DNA of 64,000 bases from Candidatus Bathyarchaeota archaeon (GCA_963733055.1 CAVTBR010000001.1:992001-1056000); one strand, 5' to 3'; shown: positions 40,790 to 49,500, counted from the stretch's first letter. Notes: a model not told the origin generated them from the sequence alone. Made by a program: numbers and translations.

Positions 40790-41731
40790 ATGAAAACATC
40801 GCGGCTAACACTTGGTCTCATGATTCTTATCGTGGCGCTATCGGTCGTAGTTGTTGCCCACGCGCAAGCCGCTCAAACGAGCTATACGTTGAAGCTGAAC
40901 TATTTCTCGGTTCAAATGACTTACCCCTCACAAGTTAACCCAGGTGACCTTGTGACGGTTAACGTCCAGGCGAATGCGAAGAGCGGTATCAGTGGTGCGA
41001 CTTTGACGGCACAGATCTTCTACGTGGACGGCAATACTCTTCGTCAATTGACATCGGCTACGTTGACTAATACTGGCGGAAGTTCCCTCAGCAAGCAAAT
41101 TACTTTCACGGTTCCGCAAGATGCTCCAAGAACTTCCTTGTTTGCCTCTGTAACCGAGAATGTTCAGACGGGCTACGCTAACTCATACGCTAACTACTAC
41201 TCTTACCCGGGCTACTATAATTCCTCTAGTCCTTACTGCTACTACTACCCTGACTACTACGATTACTATGGATCCTGCAGCTACAGTTACAGCTATTACC
41301 CATACTCCTACCCGTACTCATACGGCTTCAGCTGCGCGTACCCATCATACTCCTACTCCACCGCAACCGACAGCGGCGTAGCACCCTTATCATACATCAA
41401 AGCCCAAACGCCAGAATACACCGCCCTTCAATCACAGTACCAGTCAGTTGACCAACAGCTCAACCAGAGCCAAGCACAGAACCAGCAACTTCAACAACAG
41501 CTCCAGAACGACCAAAACACAATAGCGCAAAAGAACGCGACCATCGCTAGCCTGAACCAGCAACTCAACACAAACCAAAACACGAATACAACCCTAGAAG
41601 CAGCTGCAGCGGGCCTCGGAATACTTGCCATCATCTTCGGAGCTTTCGCGGTACACTCTAGAGGAAAGAGCAGCAAACAAGCCCCGCCAACAAACACGCA
41701 AACTCAACAGTCAACTACCAAGGAAAGCTAA
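40790..41731 (+). CDS. Surface protein with Tyr-rich insert, Gln-rich coiled coil and C-terminal TM
   Basis: YANSYANYYSYPGYY...YCYYYPDYYDYYGSCSYSYSYYPYSYPYSY; QQLQQQLQ stalk. Confidence 0.85.
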   Translation: MKTSRLTLGLMILIVALSVVVVAHAQAAQTSYTLKLNYFSVQMTYPSQVNPGDLVTVNVQANAKSGISGATLTAQIFYVDGNTLRQLTSATLTNTGGSSLSKQITFTVPQDAPRTSLFASVTENVQTGYANSYANYYSYPGYYNSSSPYCYYYPDYYDYYGSCSYSYSYYPYSYPYSYGFSCAYPSYSYSTATDSGVAPLSYIKAQTPEYTALQSQYQSVDQQLNQSQAQNQQLQQQLQNDQNTIAQKNATIASLNQQLNTNQNTNTTLEAAAAGLGILAIIFGAFAVHSRGKSSKQAPPTNTQTQQSTTKES

Positions 41732-41785
41732 GGAAACCTCCCCTCTCCCTTTTTCCATGAAATGTTTGTTACCTGGTGAATTTCG

Positions 41786-42007
41786 TTGCTCGGATTACTG
41801 ATTCCGTCATTCTCTTCAACCGAGTTGATCATCTTCGCCGTCCTCGTAATTGTCGGCATAATCATTATTCTCGTGCTCTCCGCCGTGATCCATTTCATAC
41901 TCCCAATCATCGCGGCGGTCGTCGTGTGGTTTTTCACGGGAAGCTTGCTTTACGCTGGAATCGCCTTCTTGGCGGTAGCGATACTGCAACTGTTAGTAAG
42001 GAGATAG
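41786..42007 (+). CDS. Small hydrophobic membrane protein
   Basis: 73 aa, almost entirely hydrophobic. Confidence 0.7.
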   Translation: MLGLLIPSFSSTELIIFAVLVIVGIIIILVLSAVIHFILPIIAAVVVWFFTGSLLYAGIAFLAVAILQLLVRR

Positions 42008-42035
42008 TAGATCGGGAAGAGGAAGGAGCTCGTAC

Positions 42036-42416
42036 ATGCAAATTCCTACGCAAACAGATGAAGAACTCTTCCTGCTGACGGGATGGGTAGCTTACATTCT
42101 AATCAGATTGTTAGCAGACTCTGTGAGACTAAGGATCTTCATCGATTTCAAAGACCGACAATTCAAGATTACAAGGCTGCCGCCCACGACTGGGGCCACG
42201 AATAAGGTTCAAAAATTGGGCACGAAAATGTTCGGAGGAAAGGAAACTGCCCCTGCTAGTCACATCCATCACTTCGTCTTTGGAATGATTCTAATGCCCG
42301 TCACATTCCTTGCCTTGTACTGGCGTCTTTGGTTTGGGCCGGTGTTGGTAGGTATTGTCATGGCTCTGATATTTTCCGAAATAAAAGAGCTGATCCTGAT
42401 GCAGTGGGGTGCGTAG
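42036..42416 (+). CDS. Membrane protein with HIHH motif
   Basis: GGAG RBS; SHIHHFVFG, three TMs. Confidence 0.75.
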   Translation: MQIPTQTDEELFLLTGWVAYILIRLLADSVRLRIFIDFKDRQFKITRLPPTTGATNKVQKLGTKMFGGKETAPASHIHHFVFGMILMPVTFLALYWRLWFGPVLVGIVMALIFSEIKELILMQWGA

Positions 42417-42436
42417 TCCCACGCATGGTCCATGTG

Positions 42437-42481
42437 GTAGAACGCAGAACAGTCGGGTAGAATCTTCCACTCATCCCTAAG
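42437..42481 (+). promoter_or_regulatory. TTCYAC-box promoter: two GTAGAA 20 bp apart, then TTCCAC-N6-CTAAG
   Basis: Upstream of the Tyr-rich peptide gene at 42541. Confidence 0.6.
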
Positions 42482-42540
42482 CGTTGGTAGGGGTAGGTAG
42501 TCATGCGATGTAATGGTTGTATGGGGAGGTGAATTGATAG

Positions 42541-42639
42541 TTGAAACAAAGAATTTTGCTTCCTGCCTACGCCTACGCATACAACCCTTGGTACGGTATG
42601 TACCCATACATGACATGGCAGGAGTATGACGTGGAATAG
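42541..42639 (+). CDS. Tyr-rich peptide (32 aa)
   Basis: MKQRILLPAYAYAYNPWYGMYPYMTWQEYDVE; GGAGGTGA RBS 8 nt before the TTG start; tandem TAG TAG stop. Confidence 0.65.
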   Translation: MKQRILLPAYAYAYNPWYGMYPYMTWQEYDVE

Positions 42640-42666
42640 TAGGACACGTAGGGACCGCTAGGATTC

Positions 42667-44514
42667 CTACGAAATTTTATTTATTTTTTCTTCGTCCTCT
42701 AATTCTGACTCCGATTCTTCCGGGAAGTTCGAAGCGTTGCCGCGGTTGACCAGCGCTTGATTTTGCTGGTCATTCATATATTGAACTGCTTCGCTGAATG
42801 AAGGCGGTAGATAGATTGGTTCTACGGTTGCACCGTGCAGGGCGTAGCCTTTTCGTGCCCCAATCAAGAACAGGATCGCCGCTAGGGAAACAGGAACCAC
42901 CGAGAGGAGTCCTATAGCAGTCTCCACTCTCGTTCCAGCGCTAGGAATCAGACTCGAGGCAAGAAACACGAGCTTCGAAGTTAGTGTTCGGGATATGATG
43001 GGGGTAACATAGTGTTGAGTAAACAATAACGCGGAAAGGATTCCACCCGTAAGAAGAGTCACCCAGCCAAAGTGTCTGAGGTGCTCTATCGATCGAATGC
43101 TGGAGTAGGGTAATTCGAGAGTGCTCCTGGACCAACGGCCTCGCTGAATAAACATCCTCCTCTCCGTAGCCGCAACTCTCACCGTGCCATGCGACCAAGT
43201 GCGAACAACATATTCGGGTTCCGAAATAGTGGATCTAACTTCTGAGGGTAGAGTACCCATTCCGGTTTCACGGTCGATTTCTCTTGTAAGTGCTGAGTCA
43301 AGTTGAGCGATGAGATTGGTCAGGGTGTACTTGCTTGCTCTTTGTCTAGCGTTGGACGAGAGTTTCTGCCATTTCGACTTGTCATCGACAAGGATAGTAA
43401 TGGCTGTAACGGCCCCGTCGATATCATCCGGGCCCTTGACTTCGATACCTTCGTCTCCATTCCTAACAATCCACGATTGTCCGCCGACGCCTGAAGTGAC
43501 AACTGGAACTCCTTCATACATGAACTCAAGCTGAGTCAGCCCAAGTGCTTCCATTCTGCTGAGTATGATGTTCACGTGAGAGTTTTGGATAAGTTGCACT
43601 TTGGTCTTTTCGCTAAGCTCGCCGATGTACCTCAGGTTAGGTAAGCTCTCTGACTTCTTCCTCACGGTGTCCGCATATTCTGAATCGCCCCTTCCACCAA
43701 TAATGAACTGGATATCGTTTCTGTTCCTCAACTTCTCCGCAACTTCAGCAATCGCGGCCGGGTTCTTTCTATTCTCGATTGTTCCCACGAAGGCAACGAT
43801 CTTAGAATGGTTCGGGATGCCTAGTTGTTTGAGGAATTCCTCCGGTTCGGATGACGAAAATTGGCTGAATGCGATGTCATCGACTCCGCCTGGAAATAGC
43901 AAGATTCTGTCTTTGGGCGCGCCCATCTTTATCTTAGCTTCTTCCTCGTACGGTGTCACTACTAGGGTGAGGTTGGCCACACGCAGTATTGTTCTCAGTG
44001 ATAGACGGTTCCAGGCCATTCGGAAGGATCGCTCGACCAGAGAGTATCGTCTGGGGGAGGGTTCTTGGAAGTGGGACATATGACAGAATATGAGGGGTGC
44101 TTGGTATCCTCCCAGAGCCTTGATGTTGCGTCTCCACTCGACGAACTTTGCCACCTCTTCTGGGCCGTTCCAGAGGGTGCTGTGTGTGATCAGGACGTTG
44201 AGTTGAAAGTCGTTGACTATCTTTTCCAAGGTGTGGACTATGTCTTTGAAGCCGACTCGGCGGGGGGGCCATTTTGATACGAGGCTCGCGACTCGGATGA
44301 CTGGGATGTCAAGTTCGATGTCATTGATGAGATAATAGCCCTTTTCACCCATCTGCTGTTCGCTAATGGTTTCCTTCCCGTCGTGATATACGCTCGTGAT
44401 CAGGTATGCCTCGTTTCCGATGTTTCTGAAATATCTGACCATTCGTTGGGCGACGAGCTCCTGTCCCTTGGTTCTACTCGTCTGGTACATTATCACCCCG
44501 ATGCGCTTCTTCAA
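42667..44514 (-). CDS. GT4 glycosyltransferase with C-terminal PH-like and TM extension
   Basis: FVGTIENRKNP, EALGLTQLEFMYEGVPVV; extra C-terminal domain of about 190 aa with hydrophobic helices. Confidence 0.88.
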   Translation of the reverse strand: MKKRIGVIMYQTSRTKGQELVAQRMVRYFRNIGNEAYLITSVYHDGKETISEQQMGEKGYYLINDIELDIPVIRVASLVSKWPPRRVGFKDIVHTLEKIVNDFQLNVLITHSTLWNGPEEVAKFVEWRRNIKALGGYQAPLIFCHMSHFQEPSPRRYSLVERSFRMAWNRLSLRTILRVANLTLVVTPYEEEAKIKMGAPKDRILLFPGGVDDIAFSQFSSSEPEEFLKQLGIPNHSKIVAFVGTIENRKNPAAIAEVAEKLRNRNDIQFIIGGRGDSEYADTVRKKSESLPNLRYIGELSEKTKVQLIQNSHVNIILSRMEALGLTQLEFMYEGVPVVTSGVGGQSWIVRNGDEGIEVKGPDDIDGAVTAITILVDDKSKWQKLSSNARQRASKYTLTNLIAQLDSALTREIDRETGMGTLPSEVRSTISEPEYVVRTWSHGTVRVAATERRMFIQRGRWSRSTLELPYSSIRSIEHLRHFGWVTLLTGGILSALLFTQHYVTPIISRTLTSKLVFLASSLIPSAGTRVETAIGLLSVVPVSLAAILFLIGARKGYALHGATVEPIYLPPSFSEAVQYMNDQQNQALVNRGNASNFPEESESELEDEEKINKIS

Positions 44515-44690
44515 ACAGCCAATCGACCCCAACCGTGGTTGCTGGCAGATAGTGGGCTATCGCTAATGTGTGTGCCGTTTCCCGGTAAGGATGACAAGGT
44601 TGTTTTGTAGTCGGGAGGTTCCCGGATAGGCCGATTAGCATCATGGTTATAACCGGAGGTCTACCGACACACGGTAGATAGGGAACTAAA

Positions 44691-45461
44691 GTGAAGATAG
44701 CCGCACTTTTCTCGGATTACGATGGGACTCTGTCGCCTCTAGAGGCTCGACGTGAAGACGCCGTCCTCTCTCCAATGCTGCGTCGACTGCTTACCAAGGT
44801 CAGCAAGCATGTCACATTTGGAATCGTTACCACCAAGGATCTCGCTTTCATCAGAGAACGAGTTCCATTCGCACACGGGATCTCCGCAAGTTGCGGTTTG
44901 GAGATGCAGATTGGCGAGCAGACAATGCTCGATGAAAGGGTACAGCAGCGCAACGAGGGTTTTGAGAAGACATACCAGGACGTCCTTAGAAAAGTCCTAC
45001 AAGCTCGCGACAATCTGGTGATTGAGAGAAAGGAGTCAGATGACGAGAACCTAATCGCTTTCTGTATCGATTGGAGAATGTCGCGCAACTGGGATGAGGC
45101 CAAACGGATGGCTGCTCCTCTGTTAACCTATTGCAAAGACCATGGGTTGTATGTCGTCGAAGCCGACGCAAGTCCCTTCGCAAACGTGTTTCCAGTCAAA
45201 GTCGACAAGGGTGAAGCGTTCAACACGCTGAAGCGAGAATTGAAAGTTACTGGCCCGATAATATATCTGGGTGATTCAGAGGCGGACGACCCGGCATTTG
45301 AGGTCGCCGACGTTTCGATAGGAGTCAAGCATCGTCGCGTAATGCCCAAGCTCCATTGCAAATATCGAATCGAATTCTTTGAACTCGAAAATCTTCTGAC
45401 TAAGCTAATAGATTCAGATTACGACTTCCAAGAGAACATGGCTTCGAAGAACGTGGAATAA
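44691..45461 (+). CDS. HAD-IIB phosphatase, trehalose-6-phosphate phosphatase-like
   Basis: DYDGTLSP, VDKG.A, YLGDSEADDPAF. Confidence 0.85.
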   Translation: MKIAALFSDYDGTLSPLEARREDAVLSPMLRRLLTKVSKHVTFGIVTTKDLAFIRERVPFAHGISASCGLEMQIGEQTMLDERVQQRNEGFEKTYQDVLRKVLQARDNLVIERKESDDENLIAFCIDWRMSRNWDEAKRMAAPLLTYCKDHGLYVVEADASPFANVFPVKVDKGEAFNTLKRELKVTGPIIYLGDSEADDPAFEVADVSIGVKHRRVMPKLHCKYRIEFFELENLLTKLIDSDYDFQENMASKNVE

Positions 45462-45479
45462 CCGACACCGCGTCGAGTT

Positions 45480-45525
45480 TTCTACCGGGCACCTTCGATT
45501 TCTACCGGGTCCACCTAGTCTTAAC
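45480..45525 (+). promoter_or_regulatory. TTCYAC-box promoter: TTCTACCGGG twice (20 bp apart), then GTCCAC-N6-TTAAC
   Basis: Direct repeat tttctaccggg upstream of 45557. Confidence 0.68.
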
Positions 45526-45556
45526 CCCCACTGGTTGTTAATCAGGTACGGAGGTC

Positions 45557-46039
45557 ATGGAAAAATTGAATGGAATTTCGCCACTGAAGCATGGCTTTGT
45601 GGACTTAGCCGCGATACTGTTTGTCATCGGCGGCGTAGTTAGTCTCGCGATGACCGTTCTAGCCTTGCCCATCAACATGAGCAACCCTCTCAGCATGCCG
45701 ACCGGCTTAACGGCTGCGTCTATTGTCGTTCTAGCCGTGATGCTGATCTCCTCGTTGGGAGCTATCCACTGTTTCTCGCTAGCAGGCAAGCGCATGCTCT
45801 CTGAGGCGGGCATAAGGGGGATCGTGTTCGGAGCATTACTCCTTATCTTCAGCTTCGGTCTAGGCGCCAGCAACCTGAGTGTTTCAGGAACAACTTTGCC
45901 AGCAGCCTTACTCACACAAATCAGTGCAATTCTAATCGTAATCGGGGGCATAATTTGCTTCGCTCTGAGACACACCGCCGTATCCGCTTCGCCAATCGCG
46001 CGGCAACATGCCATCGCTCAACCAGCGTATCAACCATAG
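45557..46039 (+). CDS. Four-TM hypothetical membrane protein
   Basis: GGAGGT RBS; hydrophobic profile. Confidence 0.78.
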   Translation: MEKLNGISPLKHGFVDLAAILFVIGGVVSLAMTVLALPINMSNPLSMPTGLTAASIVVLAVMLISSLGAIHCFSLAGKRMLSEAGIRGIVFGALLLIFSFGLGASNLSVSGTTLPAALLTQISAILIVIGGIICFALRHTAVSASPIARQHAIAQPAYQP

Positions 46040-46109
46040 AACGAGTTCGCGCAGACGAATCCAAACCCTTTTCTTCACGCCCTGTTTTCTTCAATCGGGG
46101 CGTGCAAGT

Positions 46110-47205
46110 TTGGCTTCTAGAACTGTAGTGGTACTCATCCTCGTCATCCTCATCCCATCCCTGTCACTGTTTCCGTCCACATACGCAGGCTTCCGGGCAG
46201 TGGGTAAAGTACGCTGGCAATTATCCTATCTTCACTCCCACCTCGGGAAGTTGGGATGGGGACTACGTAACTACTCCGAGAGTGCTCTATGATGGCACCA
46301 CGTTTAGGATGTGGTACCAAGGCGGCTTGTCCGGCGTTAGTAAGATCGGCTACGCAACTTCAACTAATGGGATAAACTGGGTAAAACACGGCGCTGTTCT
46401 AACCCCCGGCCTAACGGGGGAGTGGGATAGTTCCTCCGTCGCGTTGGGATCTGTGACCTGGAATGGTACGGCATTCCTGATGTGGTACACAGGGAGTAAC
46501 GCTACTATCTATCCCGGAGGAGCAGTTGGGTTCGCGGTATCCAATGACGGATTCAGCTGGGTGAAGTATTCAGGCAACCCAGTACTCACTCCGTCAGAGT
46601 TGGGAAACGATCAGAAGTATCTCGCCACTCCATACGTCATCCGGCTGAACCTCACATACAACATGTGGTACAGTGGGAAAAGCGCCGCAACGCCAAACAT
46701 TAACAGAATCCTCTACGCGACATCTACTGACGGGATCAAATGGTCCAAGTGGCCTGGCCCGGTGTTGTCGCCCGCATCGGACCCCAAAGCATGGGATGCT
46801 AACGGCGTTTACTCTCCATCGGTATTCTGGAACGGACAAATCTTCGGTCTGTGGTATACCGGAATAAACCAAACCGCTGCGGTTCCACGCATCGGATTTG
46901 CAACCGCTCCTGACGGCGCTACGTGGACACGATCATCAAGTAACCCAATTTTGGGCCCTGGGCCTCCGGGTAGTTGGGACTCTGCTGGAGTCGAACAGCC
47001 AAGCGTGGTTCAGGCTGGAAACAATTACATGATGTTCTATGATGGCTACAGCAACCTACAGGGGCAAAAGATTGGTCTAGCTCTAAGCCCGCAAGGCTTC
47101 TCTGTTCCCGAATTCCCCGCACCCGCGTTCGACATGTTCCTCGGACTAATCGCCTGCGCAGCAATCTGTTTGATCTACTACCGCCGACCGTCAACGCGAT
47201 CCTGA
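46110..47205 (+). CDS. Secreted GH43/32/130-like beta-propeller with PEF-type C-terminal sorting signal (apparent +1 frameshift at 46187)
   Basis: Repeats of W.K..GNP.L.P...WD....P.V....F.MWY.G...IGxA.S.DG; ends VPEF-TM-RR. Confidence 0.82.
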
Positions 47206-47327
47206 AATTTCGGCAGAGACCCTGCCGAGTCTTTCGGCGTGGAATCGGTCATTCATCGAACCGCTCCCTGTAATAGTTCCTATCCGAACAATGCTTTAGA
47301 GAGTGAGCGGCGTTTAATGGGCGAGGA

Positions 47328-47717
47328 ATGGATTTGACAGATGCGCCATCAGGTCGGCAACAAGTCGAGAAAACTTTCGTCTACATGACAAACCTGAGCA
47401 GAGAATGCCGGAAGGCGCTCACGAGCAAATTTGAGCAAGAACACAAGGGTGTCCCATTCGAATCCGCTGAACTCACGATGCGGAAGGAAGTTGAAGCTTG
47501 GTTCACGGAGAGGGACAAGAACATCAGTGTGAAGCATGAAAGAAGCGACAAGGGCAGACCCGGCGAGATTCTGATGACCTACGCGGGGTCTACAAAAGAT
47601 GCCCATTTCAAGTTCCAAATCGACGCCCAATTCACCCTTTCAGGCGGTTCAGAGAAAGCACCCGCGTACCTCAAAGCATTAAACGTGAACGTAGACAAGA
47701 GAGATTTCACCAAGTAG
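47328..47717 (+). CDS. Hypothetical protein
   Basis: Clean 129-aa ORF with a promoter-like upstream region. Confidence 0.75.
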   Translation: MDLTDAPSGRQQVEKTFVYMTNLSRECRKALTSKFEQEHKGVPFESAELTMRKEVEAWFTERDKNISVKHERSDKGRPGEILMTYAGSTKDAHFKFQIDAQFTLSGGSEKAPAYLKALNVNVDKRDFTK

Positions 47718-47967
47718 CGCAAAGAGAGAAACCGCTCGGGGGTCGATCTGGCTTTGTCTGTAAACCCGTTGGAAGAGCTCAGCGGGCTCGCACGGGAGAA
47801 GAGCCGACGCTTGTTCGTCGCCGAAATGCCAATCGACCTTACCGCGAAACGCGACCAGTAACTGTGTTTTCGTTCTCGAATTACCGGGTTCTGCGCCCGG
47901 CGCCGCGGGTGGACGGGTTGGTGGGATAGGTGAAAGAAAAATACAGAAAGCGTATTGTTTCAGGCGA

Positions 47968-48141
47968 GTGGATGAAAACTGGATTAAGGTTTACGAAACT
48001 GATACTCTCGAAAAACTGGAGCGGTTCGAATTGCCATACCACGCCGCGGGTATGAGCGTAATCTTGCCCGATGGTACCGAGAGAGTAGTCTCGGGCGTAG
48101 TTGATCCGGAACTGATTCAGAAATACAATGAGGTCGTTTGA
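47968..48141 (+). CDS. Hypothetical microprotein (57 aa)
   Basis: MDENWIKVYETDTLEKLERFELPYHAAGMSVILPDGTERVVSGVVDPELIQKYNEVV; its stop abuts the stop of the convergent gene. Confidence 0.55.
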   Translation: MDENWIKVYETDTLEKLERFELPYHAAGMSVILPDGTERVVSGVVDPELIQKYNEVV

Positions 48142-48525
48142 TCACTGCCGTATGACCGATTTGATGAGGGGCATCAAGACTTCAACGTCCTTACTTGAAC
48201 CAAGCTGGACCCTAAGCAGGCGGCTCATTCCACCGAGCTGCGCCTTATCAACCCAAGCCCTCAATCCCTCAGGAACCGTCGCGTCCGACTTGATCTTCGC
48301 CACCGACTTCTCTGGTATGAAGAGGAAGAGTTCGAGTTTTTCGCCGAAAAAGACTCTCACTCTCGGAGTTTCCCTTACGTTGTAGCTCGGTGCCTCAGCC
48401 TCTTTGAGTGGTTCATACTCCACGCTCTCAACCACGTCTTGTTCCGATTTCAACTGACCTCTAAGATAGGTGAATGCTTCTTGGCAGGCGGGACTGCCTT
48501 TGCTAGAGAGTTCCTCGATCGACAA
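48142..48525 (-). CDS. Hypothetical protein
   Basis: Globular-looking ORF; start chosen at a TTG. Confidence 0.65.
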   Translation of the reverse strand: MSIEELSSKGSPACQEAFTYLRGQLKSEQDVVESVEYEPLKEAEAPSYNVRETPRVRVFFGEKLELFLFIPEKSVAKIKSDATVPEGLRAWVDKAQLGGMSRLLRVQLGSSKDVEVLMPLIKSVIRQ

Positions 48526-48620
48526 ATCATAACAACTCCTGAACGGAGAACTCTGTTCGGTAGAAAGATATATCACAATTGTCCATGTCGGGTCAGCTAA
48601 TCATAGGAGTAATAGCGGGC

Positions 48621-48722
48621 ATGCCCCACAAGCTAAGCAGGACGAATTTCAGGATTCGCCAACGTCAGAAAAAGAAGCAAAGGCACCGGAAACGAACTGG
48701 TTCTAGCAGAAAACCGAGCTAA
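48621..48722 (+). CDS. Highly basic microprotein (33 aa)
   Basis: MPHKLSRTNFRIRQRQKKKQRHRKRTGSSRKPS; AGGAG upstream. Confidence 0.5.
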   Translation: MPHKLSRTNFRIRQRQKKKQRHRKRTGSSRKPS

Positions 48723-48785
48723 ATCGAGTACCTTTGAACTGGTTTACGAAGTCTTCCTCTCCAACGTGATAGAGGGGTCCCAACT

Positions 48786-48968
48786 TCACTGCACTTTGTT
48801 CAGGAATCGGTGGCATGCGCAAATATATTCCATTTTCCCGTCTGGATAGATCCACCTGTAATGCATTTGCCCTTTTTCATCGGTAAACGTTTCGCAGACG
48901 TTCTCCGTATACAGGCTTACGTGCGAGAACCTCCACTTTCCCTTCCCCGAATCAGGCGGAGTTGTCAT
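48786..48968 (-). CDS. Small hypothetical protein
   Basis: 60 aa, GGAG RBS, C...CACH residues. Confidence 0.6.
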   Translation of the reverse strand: MTTPPDSGKGKWRFSHVSLYTENVCETFTDEKGQMHYRWIYPDGKMEYICACHRFLNKVQ

Positions 48969-49031
48969 CTAAGTTAGACTCCCAGGATGCTGCAGAGTCC
49001 AACTACCCTTCTAAAAACCATGGCTCCCATC

Positions 49032-49207
49032 CCGCATTCATGGTATCGGTTTAGGGTAAGGGCGAGATGATGAGATGAAGGTTAACCTTACGCCGATGCT
49101 TGGTAGGCCCGCCTGTGCCTTCGGCCCCTCATGAGAATATGTACCTGTTCGCGACGGGTTATGGTCATATCCCGGGCAACCCGAGTCAGAAAACGCATGA
49201 ATCGCGG
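49032..49207 (+). ncRNA. Candidate structured non-coding RNA
   Basis: Hand-folded closing stem plus three internal stems with G-U pairs; no family recognised. Confidence 0.35.
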
Positions 49208-49236
49208 CCCAATAACGCAGTGAAGCCTAGAATGAA

Positions 49237-49440
49237 CTAGTCTTCGGTGTACCCTTGATGGGGTGAGATGTTCTCACCCTCGAAGCTTGGAATGCATTCC
49301 GAGTGATGTTGACGGTAGTGGAGTTTGAGCCGTCGTTTGAGGCTGAAACGTCGAGTGCAATAGAGACAGGGATAGAGCCCGACGATCGGTAGATCATTGT
49401 TCGGGTCGCCATCTCCGTAGGCTTGGTACGCTTGGTTCAT
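49237..49440 (-). CDS. Single C2H2 zinc-finger microprotein
   Basis: YPCLYCTRRFSLKRRLKLHYRQHH. Confidence 0.78.
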   Translation of the reverse strand: MNQAYQAYGDGDPNNDLPIVGLYPCLYCTRRFSLKRRLKLHYRQHHSECIPSFEGENISPHQGYTED

Positions 49441-49482
49441 GAATGCTCGCCACGGTTGAAGAGGAACTACAGGCTGTAGTTG

Positions 49483-49500
49483 TTAATTAAATGAGTGGAA
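49483..49500 (-). promoter_or_regulatory. TTCYAC-box promoter (single box): TTCCACTCAT-TTAATTAA
   Basis: TTCCACTCAT is identical to 42465-42474; upstream of the C2H2 gene. Confidence 0.55.

Noticed and set aside
49060-49100. Box C/D sRNA suggested by ATGATGA
   Set aside because: No properly spaced CTGA box D found; kept only as part of the generic structured-RNA candidate
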